From an uncultured Bacilli bacterium (lineage in GTDB: Bacteria; Bacillota_I; Bacilli_A; RF39; UBA660), in NCBI GenBank assembly GCA_934098745.1, contig CAKOPG010000009.1, positions 51 to 64,050 of the forward strand: 64,000 nt of DNA, given 5' to 3'. The notes below the pieces were generated by a model. It worked only from the letters and a program-made list of their open reading frames with translations. It was not told where the DNA came from and did not search any database. Shown here in pieces: positions 31,178 to 40,411 of this stretch. A program made the position numbers and the translations under genes. The stretch's first letter is position 1. Every line of letters starts with the position of its first letter.

Positions 31178-31882
31178 ATGAAAAGAAAAAAATGTTTATT
31201 ATTAATTACACTTTTATCTCTTTTATCAACAAACAAAGTATATGCAGCATGTACTGAAGCCGAGTTAAATCATTTTAAAGAAATTGAAAATCAATATAGT
31301 GTTACATATGAATATGATAAGAATACCGATGAATATAGTATCATTTATTATATGCCAGAGCCAAACAAATACGCCTATTACATATTTCTACCACAAGATA
31401 CAGTTTGTACATCTCCTGCTCTTAGTACTTTGAAATGTACTGGTAAAAATTTATCAGGAAAGTATGAAATGATCATCCAAGGAACAACCTCTAGTTGTAC
31501 TGATGATTTAAAAAAAGAAAGTTTAGAAATTCCAAAATATAATAAGTACTATGGCCGAGAAGAATGTCAAGGAATAGAAGAATTCTCTCTATGTCAAGAA
31601 ACATATAATAAAGACGTTACGGAAGAAGACTTTAAATCAAGAACTGATCTATATAAGGAAAGTAAAGCAAATAATCCAAGTAGTAGTACAAATAATAATA
31701 ACAACAATAATGATAATGATAAAAATAACAATATTAAAGAAAATACTTTTTTTGAAAAAATAGTATATTATGTTCAAAATAATTTAACAAAAGTAATAAT
31801 AATTACCGTATTTATAATATTACTCGTTATAACCGGAGTAATAACTATAAAATCTATCAAAAAAAGTAGGCGATTAGAATGA
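31178..31882 (+). CDS. Secreted or anchored Cys-containing protein with an Asn-rich linker and C-terminal TM
   Basis: Signal peptide (LLLITLLSLLSTNKVYA). 10 Cys. NNNNNNNDNDKNNN tract. C-terminal TM plus KKSRRLE. RBS AAAGGAGG. Confidence 0.6.
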   Translation: MKRKKCLLLITLLSLLSTNKVYAACTEAELNHFKEIENQYSVTYEYDKNTDEYSIIYYMPEPNKYAYYIFLPQDTVCTSPALSTLKCTGKNLSGKYEMIIQGTTSSCTDDLKKESLEIPKYNKYYGREECQGIEEFSLCQETYNKDVTEEDFKSRTDLYKESKANNPSSSTNNNNNNNDNDKNNNIKENTFFEKIVYYVQNNLTKVIIITVFIILLVITGVITIKSIKKSRRLE

Positions 31883-33486
31883 AAAATGCCAAAAAAATAT
31901 TTCTCCTACTAATAATTGCTATTATAGTCTTTTCTTCGTGTGGAAACATAGTTAAGGCAGACGGACCATCCGTAAGTGCTGGCGACGGTGGCGGTACCGG
32001 CGGTGGCGACGGTGGCGGCGGTGGCGGCGGTGGCGACGGTGGCGGCGGTGGCGGCGGCGGCGGCGGTGGTCGGTCTGCAAATTGTTCCTGCTCGGTGTCA
32101 GGATGCATAGCTAGTTATGGATTAAGAAGACGAGATTATAAAGCACAATGGAAAATATATGATGCCTATAATAATGATGTAGAAATAACTGGTCAAAGTA
32201 TAATTGCTGGAACTCAATTAGGCTTTAATTTATATGAGGAAAGAAAAACCTATTGGTATGCCACCGGAGCCACACAATATTCATGTACTTGTTGGTATTT
32301 TGAGATGGTAGCATATGATTGTACTGGAGATCATGGAGAAGCATGGATATGTTATACGCCAATAAAACACACTTACCCATCCGGTTATGTTGGAAACACC
32401 CCCGGATGTTACAATCAGAATGCAGATGCAGCATATTATTTAGCAAAAAACGATGTAGAATCGGGTGCTTCATACTCATTAACAATTCCCGATCCAAATG
32501 ATGCCAGATGCGCTGATCCAGTAAAATATAAAGAAGAATTAGAAAGAGATAATGTTATTTGCAATAATTATACCAGTGTTGAAGCTATTCCTGGTGAAAC
32601 CTCAGAATATAGAACCAACCCTGTAACGAAAAAATACTATTATGAAATGTATGGTTCATGTATAAATGTGAAGACAGGAAAAGTTAGATATTTAAGTAAA
32701 GATGATAAATGTAATGATGAAGAGTATTATATTGCCAAAGATGAGGAAAATGAAGCAACAAGACATTGGCATGTATTTACCCCATTAAATACAAAAACAC
32801 CAAGCGGTTACGCTTTAACTCTAGATGGAAAAAGTAAAGGAACAAAACAAAAAGGTAATCTTTGCGAGGCCATTGTTGAGAAGTACAAAGAAAATTACAA
32901 ATATATGCGATATATTATTCCATTAACGGGTAGCTTTACAAGAAATGTAACTGCCGATAAGAAGAAAGTGTCAAATGGTTGTTATATGCAAACGTTAGTT
33001 AGTATTCCAACCATCCAAAAATTCTATGGTGAAGAAATAAATGATGCCGGTGATGATTCAACTTTAATTGGTTTCCAATTCTATTATCGTCAAATAGATA
33101 TAACTAATCCATTTCCTAATGGTATAGCTAATGATAGTTATTGGAAAGATTGGGAAGATAATAAAAAGGATCCTGATATAGAAAAATCATATAATAATGT
33201 CACATATCAGACAGATGGCATAGACTTAAGTTATATAAGAGATTATAATGATAAAAATAATTATACTAGTTGGAAAACTATGAATATTAATGGAACAAGT
33301 CCTTTTATAACAAGTGGCAAAATAGTAAGTAGAAGTAGTACTATTAATCAACAATCACTATATAATCTAGGATGTGGTCCAACTAATATGTGTGAGTATT
33401 ATATAGATTCATCAGGTAATAAAAAGAAAAATCCTATGTATCAACCTGAATGTGCTAACACTAGAAAGGAAGTGAGTTGTCCATGA
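31879..33486 (+). CDS. Secreted Cys-rich protein with an N-terminal poly-Gly tract
   Basis: ATGA overlap with the previous gene. Signal peptide. GDGGGTGGGDGGGGGGGGDGGGGGGGGGGG tract. More than 20 Cys across 535 aa. No family recognised. Confidence 0.6.
   Translation: MKNAKKIFLLLIIAIIVFSSCGNIVKADGPSVSAGDGGGTGGGDGGGGGGGGDGGGGGGGGGGGRSANCSCSVSGCIASYGLRRRDYKAQWKIYDAYNNDVEITGQSIIAGTQLGFNLYEERKTYWYATGATQYSCTCWYFEMVAYDCTGDHGEAWICYTPIKHTYPSGYVGNTPGCYNQNADAAYYLAKNDVESGASYSLTIPDPNDARCADPVKYKEELERDNVICNNYTSVEAIPGETSEYRTNPVTKKYYYEMYGSCINVKTGKVRYLSKDDKCNDEEYYIAKDEENEATRHWHVFTPLNTKTPSGYALTLDGKSKGTKQKGNLCEAIVEKYKENYKYMRYIIPLTGSFTRNVTADKKKVSNGCYMQTLVSIPTIQKFYGEEINDAGDDSTLIGFQFYYRQIDITNPFPNGIANDSYWKDWEDNKKDPDIEKSYNNVTYQTDGIDLSYIRDYNDKNNYTSWKTMNINGTSPFITSGKIVSRSSTINQQSLYNLGCGPTNMCEYYIDSSGNKKKNPMYQPECANTRKEVSCP
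31981..32073 (+). repeat. Near-pure (GGY)n trinucleotide tract
   Basis: About 93 nt built almost only of GGC/GGT/GAC codons, inside an AT-rich genome. The antisense poly-Pro ORF (31857-32108) is an artefact of this tract. Confidence 0.9.
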
Positions 33487-33917
33487 AATGGTCATTTGCT
33501 TCCATCGGAATGATTGTAATGGGTTTATTTGGAATCGTTATTATCATGCTCTTTAATGAAATAACCGTATCCAATGAACAAGATTATTACACGCTAAAAG
33601 ATGCTACGGAAGCAGCATTAATCGAATCAGTCGATGTTGCTTACTTTAGGTTAACTGGTGAAATAAAAATAAGTCAAGAGAAATTTGTTGAAAATTTTAC
33701 TCGTAGATTTACAGAAACTTCAACATTTGGACAAGGAAATTACAATATTGAGTTTTATCAAATAAGTGAAATTCCTGCTAAAGTAAGTTTAAGAATAATT
33801 GATTCAACTAAGAAATACAATATATACAATTCATTTAATGGTGGTAAAGTAGAAGTAGATCCTACTGAAACTAATATCGTTAATGAACTATCTGCAATAT
33901 TAGATGGTTATAAATAA
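33483..33917 (+). CDS. Small N-terminally anchored protein, possible minor-pilin or pilus-assembly component
   Basis: ATGA overlap with the 535-aa gene. One N-terminal hydrophobic helix (SIGMIVMGLFGIVIIMLF). It sits first in the Tad-core gene string. Confidence 0.5.
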   Translation: MKWSFASIGMIVMGLFGIVIIMLFNEITVSNEQDYYTLKDATEAALIESVDVAYFRLTGEIKISQEKFVENFTRRFTETSTFGQGNYNIEFYQISEIPAKVSLRIIDSTKKYNIYNSFNGGKVEVDPTETNIVNELSAILDGYK

Positions 33918-33940
33918 AGAAAGAAAGGAAGAAAAAAATT

Positions 33941-34819
33941 ATGAATATGAACAATTTAAAAAAATTCTTGAAAAACAAAAACACCGTTACAATTTTAGGA
34001 GTTTTAGCTTGTTTAGTAATTCTATATGCTGGTTATACCATGAGAATAAATAAAAAGACTGCTCTTGTTGACGTATATTATGCTAACCAAACTATTCAAC
34101 CTAAAACCTTAATTACTGAGGATATGATATCAAAAACAAGTGTTCCTGAATCATTTATTTTAGGTACATACTATAAAAACTATAAAGATATCGTTGGAAA
34201 GTACAGTAATTATAACACCATGATTGCTAGTGGAAGTTTATTCTACTCAGACTTGCTAATCGAAGAGGAAAATTTACCTGACGCTATTCTTTACAATGTA
34301 AATGAAGGAGAAAGAGTCGTAAGTTTCCCTGTTGACACTGTTACAACTTATGGAAATACAATGATGCCTGGAGATAAAATAGATATTTATGTAAAATTAA
34401 TTCAAGATGGCAAAGTTATTTATGGGGATTTTATGAACAAAATTGAAATCCTTGGTGTAAAAGATGCTAGTGGCAAGAATGTATTTGAACGTACAGATGA
34501 AAGTAGAACTCCTGCTTACATGTACTTCTCATTACCTGAAGTAAAATATTTATTATTTTCTTCATTAAACTATGTATCAGACTACTTTGGAGAGTATGAA
34601 ATTGAAGTAGTCCTTGTACCAAATACCGTTGAATATAAAGATGATGATGTTACGGCTACTGAAGTAACAAGTAATTATCTATATGATTTCGTTGTTGACA
34701 AAATTGAAAAAATTGATGATCAACAAGATTTATATAATCAATTAATCAATGAAATGGAACAAGAAGCATTGAGAAGACAACAACAAAATATTGATGATAA
34801 TACTACTAACAATGATTAA
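33941..34819 (+). CDS. cpaB: CpaB/RcpC-like Flp pilus assembly protein (SAF domain)
   Basis: N-terminal TM followed by a SAF-like segment (VDVYYANQTIQPKTLITEDMI). Located immediately upstream of the CpaF ATPase. Confidence 0.6.
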   Translation: MNMNNLKKFLKNKNTVTILGVLACLVILYAGYTMRINKKTALVDVYYANQTIQPKTLITEDMISKTSVPESFILGTYYKNYKDIVGKYSNYNTMIASGSLFYSDLLIEEENLPDAILYNVNEGERVVSFPVDTVTTYGNTMMPGDKIDIYVKLIQDGKVIYGDFMNKIEILGVKDASGKNVFERTDESRTPAYMYFSLPEVKYLLFSSLNYVSDYFGEYEIEVVLVPNTVEYKDDDVTATEVTSNYLYDFVVDKIEKIDDQQDLYNQLINEMEQEALRRQQQNIDDNTTNND

Positions 34820-34845
34820 TAAAAAAGATATAAGGGAGTGATACT

Positions 34846-36327
34846 ATGGATACACAATTTCAACAAGTAGATTTTGGACCATTAAAGCAGTTCTTAGATA
34901 ATGATGATGTAACAGATATATCTTATAGTAATGGTGGACAAGTTTGGATTAAAACCTTATCTAAAGGTGTCTACCGTGTAGAAAATACTGGTATAGATAA
35001 TACCCTAATAGAAAAAATAGCCTTTCAATGTGCTAACACTATGGGTAAGTCGTTTAACATGGCTAATCCATTTCTCGATGCTGAAAGCGCTGAACTAAGA
35101 CTTAACTTTGTTCATGATTCAATTGCCAGAAATGGTGTAGCTCTCTTAGTACGTAAAACTCCTGCCAAAATAAGATTAAAAAAAGATCAAATTATTGCTG
35201 ATGATTATATAAGACTTGATATTCACGACTTCTTATTAAAATGTGTTGAAGGACACTGTAACATTCTAGTTAGTGGAGAAACTGGTTCCGGAAAAACCGA
35301 ATTTATTAAATATTTAGCAGCTCATACCAAAGAAAATGAAAAGATTATTACTATTGAAGATACCTTAGAACTTCACTTAGATAAAATCTTTCCCACTAGA
35401 GATATTGTTGCTATGAAAACTAATAATATTGCTAGTTATTCCGATGTATTAGTTACCTGTATGAGACAGAACCCTCGATGGATTCTTCTATCCGAAGTCA
35501 GAAGTGCTGAAGCCGTAATGGCAGTCAGAAACTCTATTTCATCAGGACACAACATCTTATCAACAATACATGCTGATAAAGCTGCTTCTATCCCTAACAG
35601 ATTGTATAGCTTACTAGAAAGTAACATTGACCTAGAACAATTTTTAAGAAGTATTCACCGTTATGTACAATTAGGCGTCCATGTAAAAGGATATTATAGT
35701 AAAGAAAGACAAAGATTTCATCGTGAAATAGCCGAAGTAACCGAATTCTATGTAACCGAAGATAATGAACCTAAAACAAATACTATCTATAAAAAAACTC
35801 CTGATGGTCGTGTAACATTACATAATCCAACAAAATATTTACTAGGATATTTAGAAAGCCAAGGTCTAATTATGCAACCTGACATCTTAGTTAAAGAAGA
35901 ATTTAAAGAACCAGATAAAAAAGATGATTATACTGTTGATACATCATCTAATGAATCAGTAGAAAAGGCTCCTGTTAAACAAGATTCTCAAGTTAGCGTA
36001 CCTAAACCCGTTGTAACAAGTCAAATAAATAATAGTCAGCCAATACCGGCTAATATTAACAATCAAGTTCCTGTAAATAATAATCCAGTAATAAATAATA
36101 ACCAAAATATACAAAATAATCCAATACCTAGCCAAAATATTGCTAGTCCAGTAAATCAATTTAATAATACACCTCATGTAAATCAGATGAATCAAGTACA
36201 ATATAGTCAACCAGTTTCTATGCCTCAACCAAATAATATACCCTCAAACAATATGCAAACTGGTCAAGTAAATACTCAGATGACTTATCAACAAGGAATT
36301 AATCCAAATCAATATAATAATCAATAA
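34846..36327 (+). CDS. cpaF: CpaF/TadA-type secretion ATPase with a C-terminal N/Q/P-rich extension
   Basis: Walker A VSGETGSGKTE. Asp box ITIEDTLEL. Walker B RWILLSEVR. His box LSTIHA. The last ~130 aa are low-complexity N/Q/P. Confidence 0.85.
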   Translation: MDTQFQQVDFGPLKQFLDNDDVTDISYSNGGQVWIKTLSKGVYRVENTGIDNTLIEKIAFQCANTMGKSFNMANPFLDAESAELRLNFVHDSIARNGVALLVRKTPAKIRLKKDQIIADDYIRLDIHDFLLKCVEGHCNILVSGETGSGKTEFIKYLAAHTKENEKIITIEDTLELHLDKIFPTRDIVAMKTNNIASYSDVLVTCMRQNPRWILLSEVRSAEAVMAVRNSISSGHNILSTIHADKAASIPNRLYSLLESNIDLEQFLRSIHRYVQLGVHVKGYYSKERQRFHREIAEVTEFYVTEDNEPKTNTIYKKTPDGRVTLHNPTKYLLGYLESQGLIMQPDILVKEEFKEPDKKDDYTVDTSSNESVEKAPVKQDSQVSVPKPVVTSQINNSQPIPANINNQVPVNNNPVINNNQNIQNNPIPSQNIASPVNQFNNTPHVNQMNQVQYSQPVSMPQPNNIPSNNMQTGQVNTQMTYQQGINPNQYNNQ

Positions 36328-36344
36328 AGAAAGTAGGTGATTAT

Positions 36345-37238
36345 ATGGAATTTATATTAATCGGTATAATATTAGTTTTCGTCATAACATATCGTAATAG
36401 TTCAGGAGAAGGTATATATAAATTTGTTAAAGAACAATCTACTGTAATATATGATACTTATGCTCCATACTCATACAAAGTAATGCGTGAAAAAATCAAA
36501 GATTTAGGTCTTGAATATACCACTAGACAATATACTCTTCAAGCCTTAGCCTTTGCTGCCGGAGCGGGAATTGTTGGATATCTATATTTTTACAATCTAG
36601 TAGTAGTAATAGTTTATGCTATTATAGCTGTATCAACTATACCATATATAACTTATCTAAGATGTAAAAGACAGTATAGTGAATTTATCTTTGAACAAAT
36701 TCAAGTATATACAACTAATACCATAATGGAATTTAATACTACTCAGTCCTTTATAAAATCATTAGAAGGAGTTGTAGAATCTGGAGTATTAGAAGAACCA
36801 GTCTTATCTGACGTTAAAACAATGATTGCCTTATCATATGAAAACGGTGATGTAACCGAATCAATTAACTATATGAATTCCAAATATCCATATTATATGG
36901 TGAAAAATATGCATCAATTATTCTTACAAGTAACTAAAGAAGGTGCTAAAAATACTGAAGAAACATTTGATAATATGTTAAATGATATTGATATCCTAAT
37001 TGAAGGAGTATATCGTGATAGATCAGATAGAAAACAATTCCATCGTCAATTCTTATTGTTTGGAATCGCCTTATATTCCCTAATAATGTTAATTCAATTA
37101 ATATTAGGAGTAGATCAATATATTAGTATGTTAGATAATACTTTAATGCGTATTTTAGTACACTCAGTTGTATTAATAAATAGTTATTTCCTTTTAAAAG
37201 GAGAAAAATACTATAATGAGAATGTGGGGGCTGAATAA
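36345..37238 (+). CDS. tadB: TadB-like inner-membrane platform protein (T2SSF-like)
   Basis: 297 aa with TM helices at both ends flanking a cytoplasmic helical domain. Positioned after cpaF. Confidence 0.6.
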   Translation: MEFILIGIILVFVITYRNSSGEGIYKFVKEQSTVIYDTYAPYSYKVMREKIKDLGLEYTTRQYTLQALAFAAGAGIVGYLYFYNLVVVIVYAIIAVSTIPYITYLRCKRQYSEFIFEQIQVYTTNTIMEFNTTQSFIKSLEGVVESGVLEEPVLSDVKTMIALSYENGDVTESINYMNSKYPYYMVKNMHQLFLQVTKEGAKNTEETFDNMLNDIDILIEGVYRDRSDRKQFHRQFLLFGIALYSLIMLIQLILGVDQYISMLDNTLMRILVHSVVLINSYFLLKGEKYYNENVGAE

Positions 37239-38029
37239 TGTATATAGAAATATTATTAGTAGGAATTATAACCTTCTTCTTATTAATCTATAATGGTACA
37301 ATTAGTACTTCGAAGTTCTTTAAAGAAAATAATGGTATATTTAAAGTATTAGAAGAAAAAGATTTTGAATTTTTACTTCGTGCTAAATATGGAGATCGTG
37401 TATATGATGTTAACCAAGTATTCAGAAAAAGAGTAATGCAAGGTCTAACAGCTATGGTAATAGTCCTTTTTGTCTTTTTATCAAACTTAAAAGCTCTATA
37501 TATATTAATAGCCGTTGCCTTTGGATACTTTGTTTTCAAATCACAATATTTAGATTTAAAAAAATTCTATAAAAAGCACTTAAATACTATTGACGCTTTA
37601 CTACCATATTATTTAAAAAGCTTGGAAGTATTAGTTCAACACTATACAGTACCCGTAGCTTTAGCAAGATCAATTGAAGATGCTCCAGAAGTATTTAAAC
37701 CAGGTCTTCGTGAATTAGTAGCTAAAATTGAAAGTGGAGACTCTACTGTAGATCCATATATGGATTTTGCTAATAAATATCCAGTAAGAGATTCTATGCG
37801 TATGATGCGTTTACTATATCGTTTAAGTTTAGGAGAACAAGATAAAAAGCATGAACAAATGCTATCATTCTCTAAAACCGTATCAGCACTTCAATTAAAA
37901 GCCAGAGAACAAAAGTATAAAGCAAGATTAGATAGTATGGAAAATCAGACTATGAAAATGTTAGTATGTACTGGTGGTGTTTCACTAGTATTAATGTTAA
38001 TTGCTTCATTCTCAATGATTGGTGGATAA
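37238..38029 (+). CDS. tadC: TadC-like inner-membrane platform protein (T2SSF-like)
   Basis: 263 aa with the same architecture. Start overlaps the tadB stop (ATAATG). Confidence 0.6.
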   Translation: MYIEILLVGIITFFLLIYNGTISTSKFFKENNGIFKVLEEKDFEFLLRAKYGDRVYDVNQVFRKRVMQGLTAMVIVLFVFLSNLKALYILIAVAFGYFVFKSQYLDLKKFYKKHLNTIDALLPYYLKSLEVLVQHYTVPVALARSIEDAPEVFKPGLRELVAKIESGDSTVDPYMDFANKYPVRDSMRMMRLLYRLSLGEQDKKHEQMLSFSKTVSALQLKAREQKYKARLDSMENQTMKMLVCTGGVSLVLMLIASFSMIGG

Positions 38030-38088
38030 TATCTAGAAAAATATAAAATGTTATGATATAATTAAGTTAAATATAGGGAGGTGAAATA

Positions 38089-38250
38089 ATGAAAGAAGCA
38101 ACAGGTGAAGTATCAATGACAGTTGTAACATTGGTTGCCATTGCCGTAATCGGAGCCATTCTTGCATTTATGTGGCCAAGTATTCAAAATAGTATCGTAG
38201 GATTGTGGGGAAATACACAAACGTCAGGACAATATGATCCAAGAGGATAA
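38089..38250 (+). CDS. flp: Flp-type prepilin (53 aa), not in the supplied ORF track
   Basis: RBS AGGGAGGTGA lies 6 nt upstream. The product is MKEATG/EVSMTVVTLVAIAVIGAILAFMWPSIQNSIVGLWGNTQTSGQYDPRG: a short leader ending in G, then E, then a ~22-aa hydrophobic helix, as in Flp pilins. Confidence 0.7.
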   Translation: MKEATGEVSMTVVTLVAIAVIGAILAFMWPSIQNSIVGLWGNTQTSGQYDPRG

Positions 38251-38295
38251 TAAACATATGAAGAGCTAAAGTCGAAATAAAGGAAGTGATCTTAA

Positions 38296-38763
38296 ATGAG
38301 AGATGCCTTTGGTGGCGCATTCATGATAAAACTATTCTTAGTTTTTATAATTATATATGTTAGCTTTACGGCTTTAGCCCTAAACTATGCCAAAGCTTTC
38401 AAAGTAAAAAGCAAAGTTGTTGAATATATTGAACAAAATGAAATTGTCGATTTTCAAAACATGCCAGCTAATGTAAGAAATGCCATGGAATTGTTTTTTG
38501 AACAAGAAATGCTAGGTAATATGAACTATAAATCAGAACTTAGTTGTGAAGGTACCAATGTCGTATATTGCCGTGACGGTATTCGTATCGAACGAGTTGG
38601 TAAAGGAATAAATACCGCCGGAGCTTACTACCGAGTAACAACATCGTTTGGATGGACTATTCCTTTCATCAACAAACTAATAGAACTTAGTGGCGGCAGT
38701 GGCGACGTCGCTTTTGGTACTTGGGAAATATCTGGCGAAACAAGATTAATTGTTAAAGAGTAG
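38296..38763 (+). CDS. TadE-like / minor-pilin-like protein, paralogue A
   Basis: MRDAFGGAFMIKLFLVFIIIYVSFTALALNYAKAF N-terminus and a ...WEISGETRLIVKE C-terminus. RBS AAGGAAGTGA. Confidence 0.55.
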   Translation: MRDAFGGAFMIKLFLVFIIIYVSFTALALNYAKAFKVKSKVVEYIEQNEIVDFQNMPANVRNAMELFFEQEMLGNMNYKSELSCEGTNVVYCRDGIRIERVGKGINTAGAYYRVTTSFGWTIPFINKLIELSGGSGDVAFGTWEISGETRLIVKE

Positions 38764-38774
38764 GTGATATAAAC

Positions 38775-39293
38775 ATGAGAGATGCTTTTGGCGGTATATT
38801 TATGATTAAAGTATTGCTTGTCTTCGTATTCATATATGTAGCATTTACAGCAATATCTCTAAACTATGCTAAAGCTTTCAGAGTAAAAAATAGAGTTATA
38901 GATTACGTTGAAAAAAATGATATAATGTCTTTAGATGAAAAAAGTATGGCCAAAGTTTGCCAAGAGAATGGTGAATTTAGAAATATTTTAAAAAATTCTC
39001 AATACAATAAATCTTGTATAAATGGTAATGGAACAACCTATAACGAAGAAGGAAAAGCTGTAGGTTTCTGTTGTAATGGAGTAGTTATTGAAAATAATTT
39101 AGAATTAAGTGATAAAAATATACAAGTATATAATATTAAAACCTATGCCAATTGGGATATTGGTGCTCTTAATTTGATTTTAGCCCTAGGAGGAAGAGAC
39201 AAAAACTCTGGAACTTACGTTAATGGATATTGGGAAATATCTGGCGAAGCTAAAGTAGTTTTAAGAAAAGCTCCTAGTGAGCCTAACTACTAA
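38775..39293 (+). CDS. TadE-like / minor-pilin-like protein, paralogue B
   Basis: MRDAFGGIFMIKVLLVFVFIYVAFTAISLNYAKAF N-terminus and a ...WEISGEAKVVLRK C-terminus. The ends are conserved and the Cys-containing centre is divergent. Confidence 0.55.
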   Translation: MRDAFGGIFMIKVLLVFVFIYVAFTAISLNYAKAFRVKNRVIDYVEKNDIMSLDEKSMAKVCQENGEFRNILKNSQYNKSCINGNGTTYNEEGKAVGFCCNGVVIENNLELSDKNIQVYNIKTYANWDIGALNLILALGGRDKNSGTYVNGYWEISGEAKVVLRKAPSEPNY

Positions 39294-39311
39294 AAAAGGA
39301 GATTGAAAAAA

Positions 39312-40289
39312 ATGAATGTAATTGTTTCAAATAAAAATCAAGGATTATTAAGTAGCCTCGACATAGATGTTATTAAATCCATGAATGGTGAATTTACTGC
39401 TGATGAAATTATTGATACTTTTTCTAATTTTTTCTTTAACCGTATGTTCTTAGATATAACTTCCATTAAAGATTACTTTGATATTAATAATATTCAAAAA
39501 TTATCTATGGGCTTAGAAATGGATAAAGTTATTCTCCTATTAGATAATAATTTAATGCGTGATAATGAATATCTATCTAAACTTATCAGTATGGGAATAT
39601 ATAATTTTGCTAGTGATAAAGAGTCACTAATGTATCTATATAATCACCCTAATACATATAAGGATGTTGCCCACATTCATAGATTAAATAGTAATAAAAC
39701 GGAAGAAAGTTCAACAAAAGAAAGAAAATCACTATTTAGAGGTAGCAGTAGTGAAGAAGAAGTATATCAACCACAAAGAGTAAAAACAGCCAAAGTAATT
39801 GGTTTTAAAAATGTTACAAGTGGCGCCGGAGCTACAACTTTAGTATATATGATAAAAAAATTATTATCTGAAAAAGACTATGTCGTAGCCTTAGAAGTTA
39901 ATAAAAATGATTTTGGATTCTTTGGAGAAAAAGATATGTTCTCCGTTAATCAAAATAACTTAAATGCTGCTATTTATAAATTTGGAAATGCTAATACAAT
40001 TCTTGTAGACTTAAATAATGCTCCTAACCTAGATATATGTGATGATGTTATTTACTTAATAGAACCTAGTACTATTAAATTAAATAAAATGATGCTAGTT
40101 AATAAAGATGTTTTTGACAAACTATATGATAAAAAAATAGTTTTAAATAAAAGTATGTTATCTGCTAAAGATGTAAATGATTTTGAATTTGAATCACGTG
40201 CTAAAATATCTTATAACTTACCACCATTAAATGATCGTGCAGATAATACCGATACTCTACAAGACTTTATTAGAAAATTAGATATCTAA
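39312..40289 (+). CDS. TadZ/CpaE-like ParA/MinD-family ATPase with a receiver-like N-domain
   Basis: Deviant P-loop GFKNVTSGAGATTLVYMI at about residue 165. The N-terminal ~120 aa are receiver-like without an obvious phospho-Asp context. Confidence 0.5.
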   Translation: MNVIVSNKNQGLLSSLDIDVIKSMNGEFTADEIIDTFSNFFFNRMFLDITSIKDYFDINNIQKLSMGLEMDKVILLLDNNLMRDNEYLSKLISMGIYNFASDKESLMYLYNHPNTYKDVAHIHRLNSNKTEESSTKERKSLFRGSSSEEEVYQPQRVKTAKVIGFKNVTSGAGATTLVYMIKKLLSEKDYVVALEVNKNDFGFFGEKDMFSVNQNNLNAAIYKFGNANTILVDLNNAPNLDICDDVIYLIEPSTIKLNKMMLVNKDVFDKLYDKKIVLNKSMLSAKDVNDFEFESRAKISYNLPPLNDRADNTDTLQDFIRKLDI

Positions 40290-40314
40290 AGTAATGCATA
40301 ATTACTTTTTTTTT
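40290..40314 (+). terminator. Rho-independent terminator ending the Tad operon
   Basis: AGTAAT-GCATA-ATTACT followed by a T9 run, directly after the stop at 40287-40289. Confidence 0.6.
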
Positions 40315-40411
40315 CTTGTCAAATTTTATAGTCATGATATAATACAAAGTATAACTATTGCTTTAACTCTTATTATAACTAATAATTCTAAATATTTCAG
40401 AGGGTGATTAT

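Noticed and set aside
31857-32108. 83-aa poly-proline ORF on the minus strand
   Set aside because: It is the antisense reading of the (GGY)n tract inside the well-supported plus-strand gene. It has no RBS and overlaps two coupled plus-strand genes.
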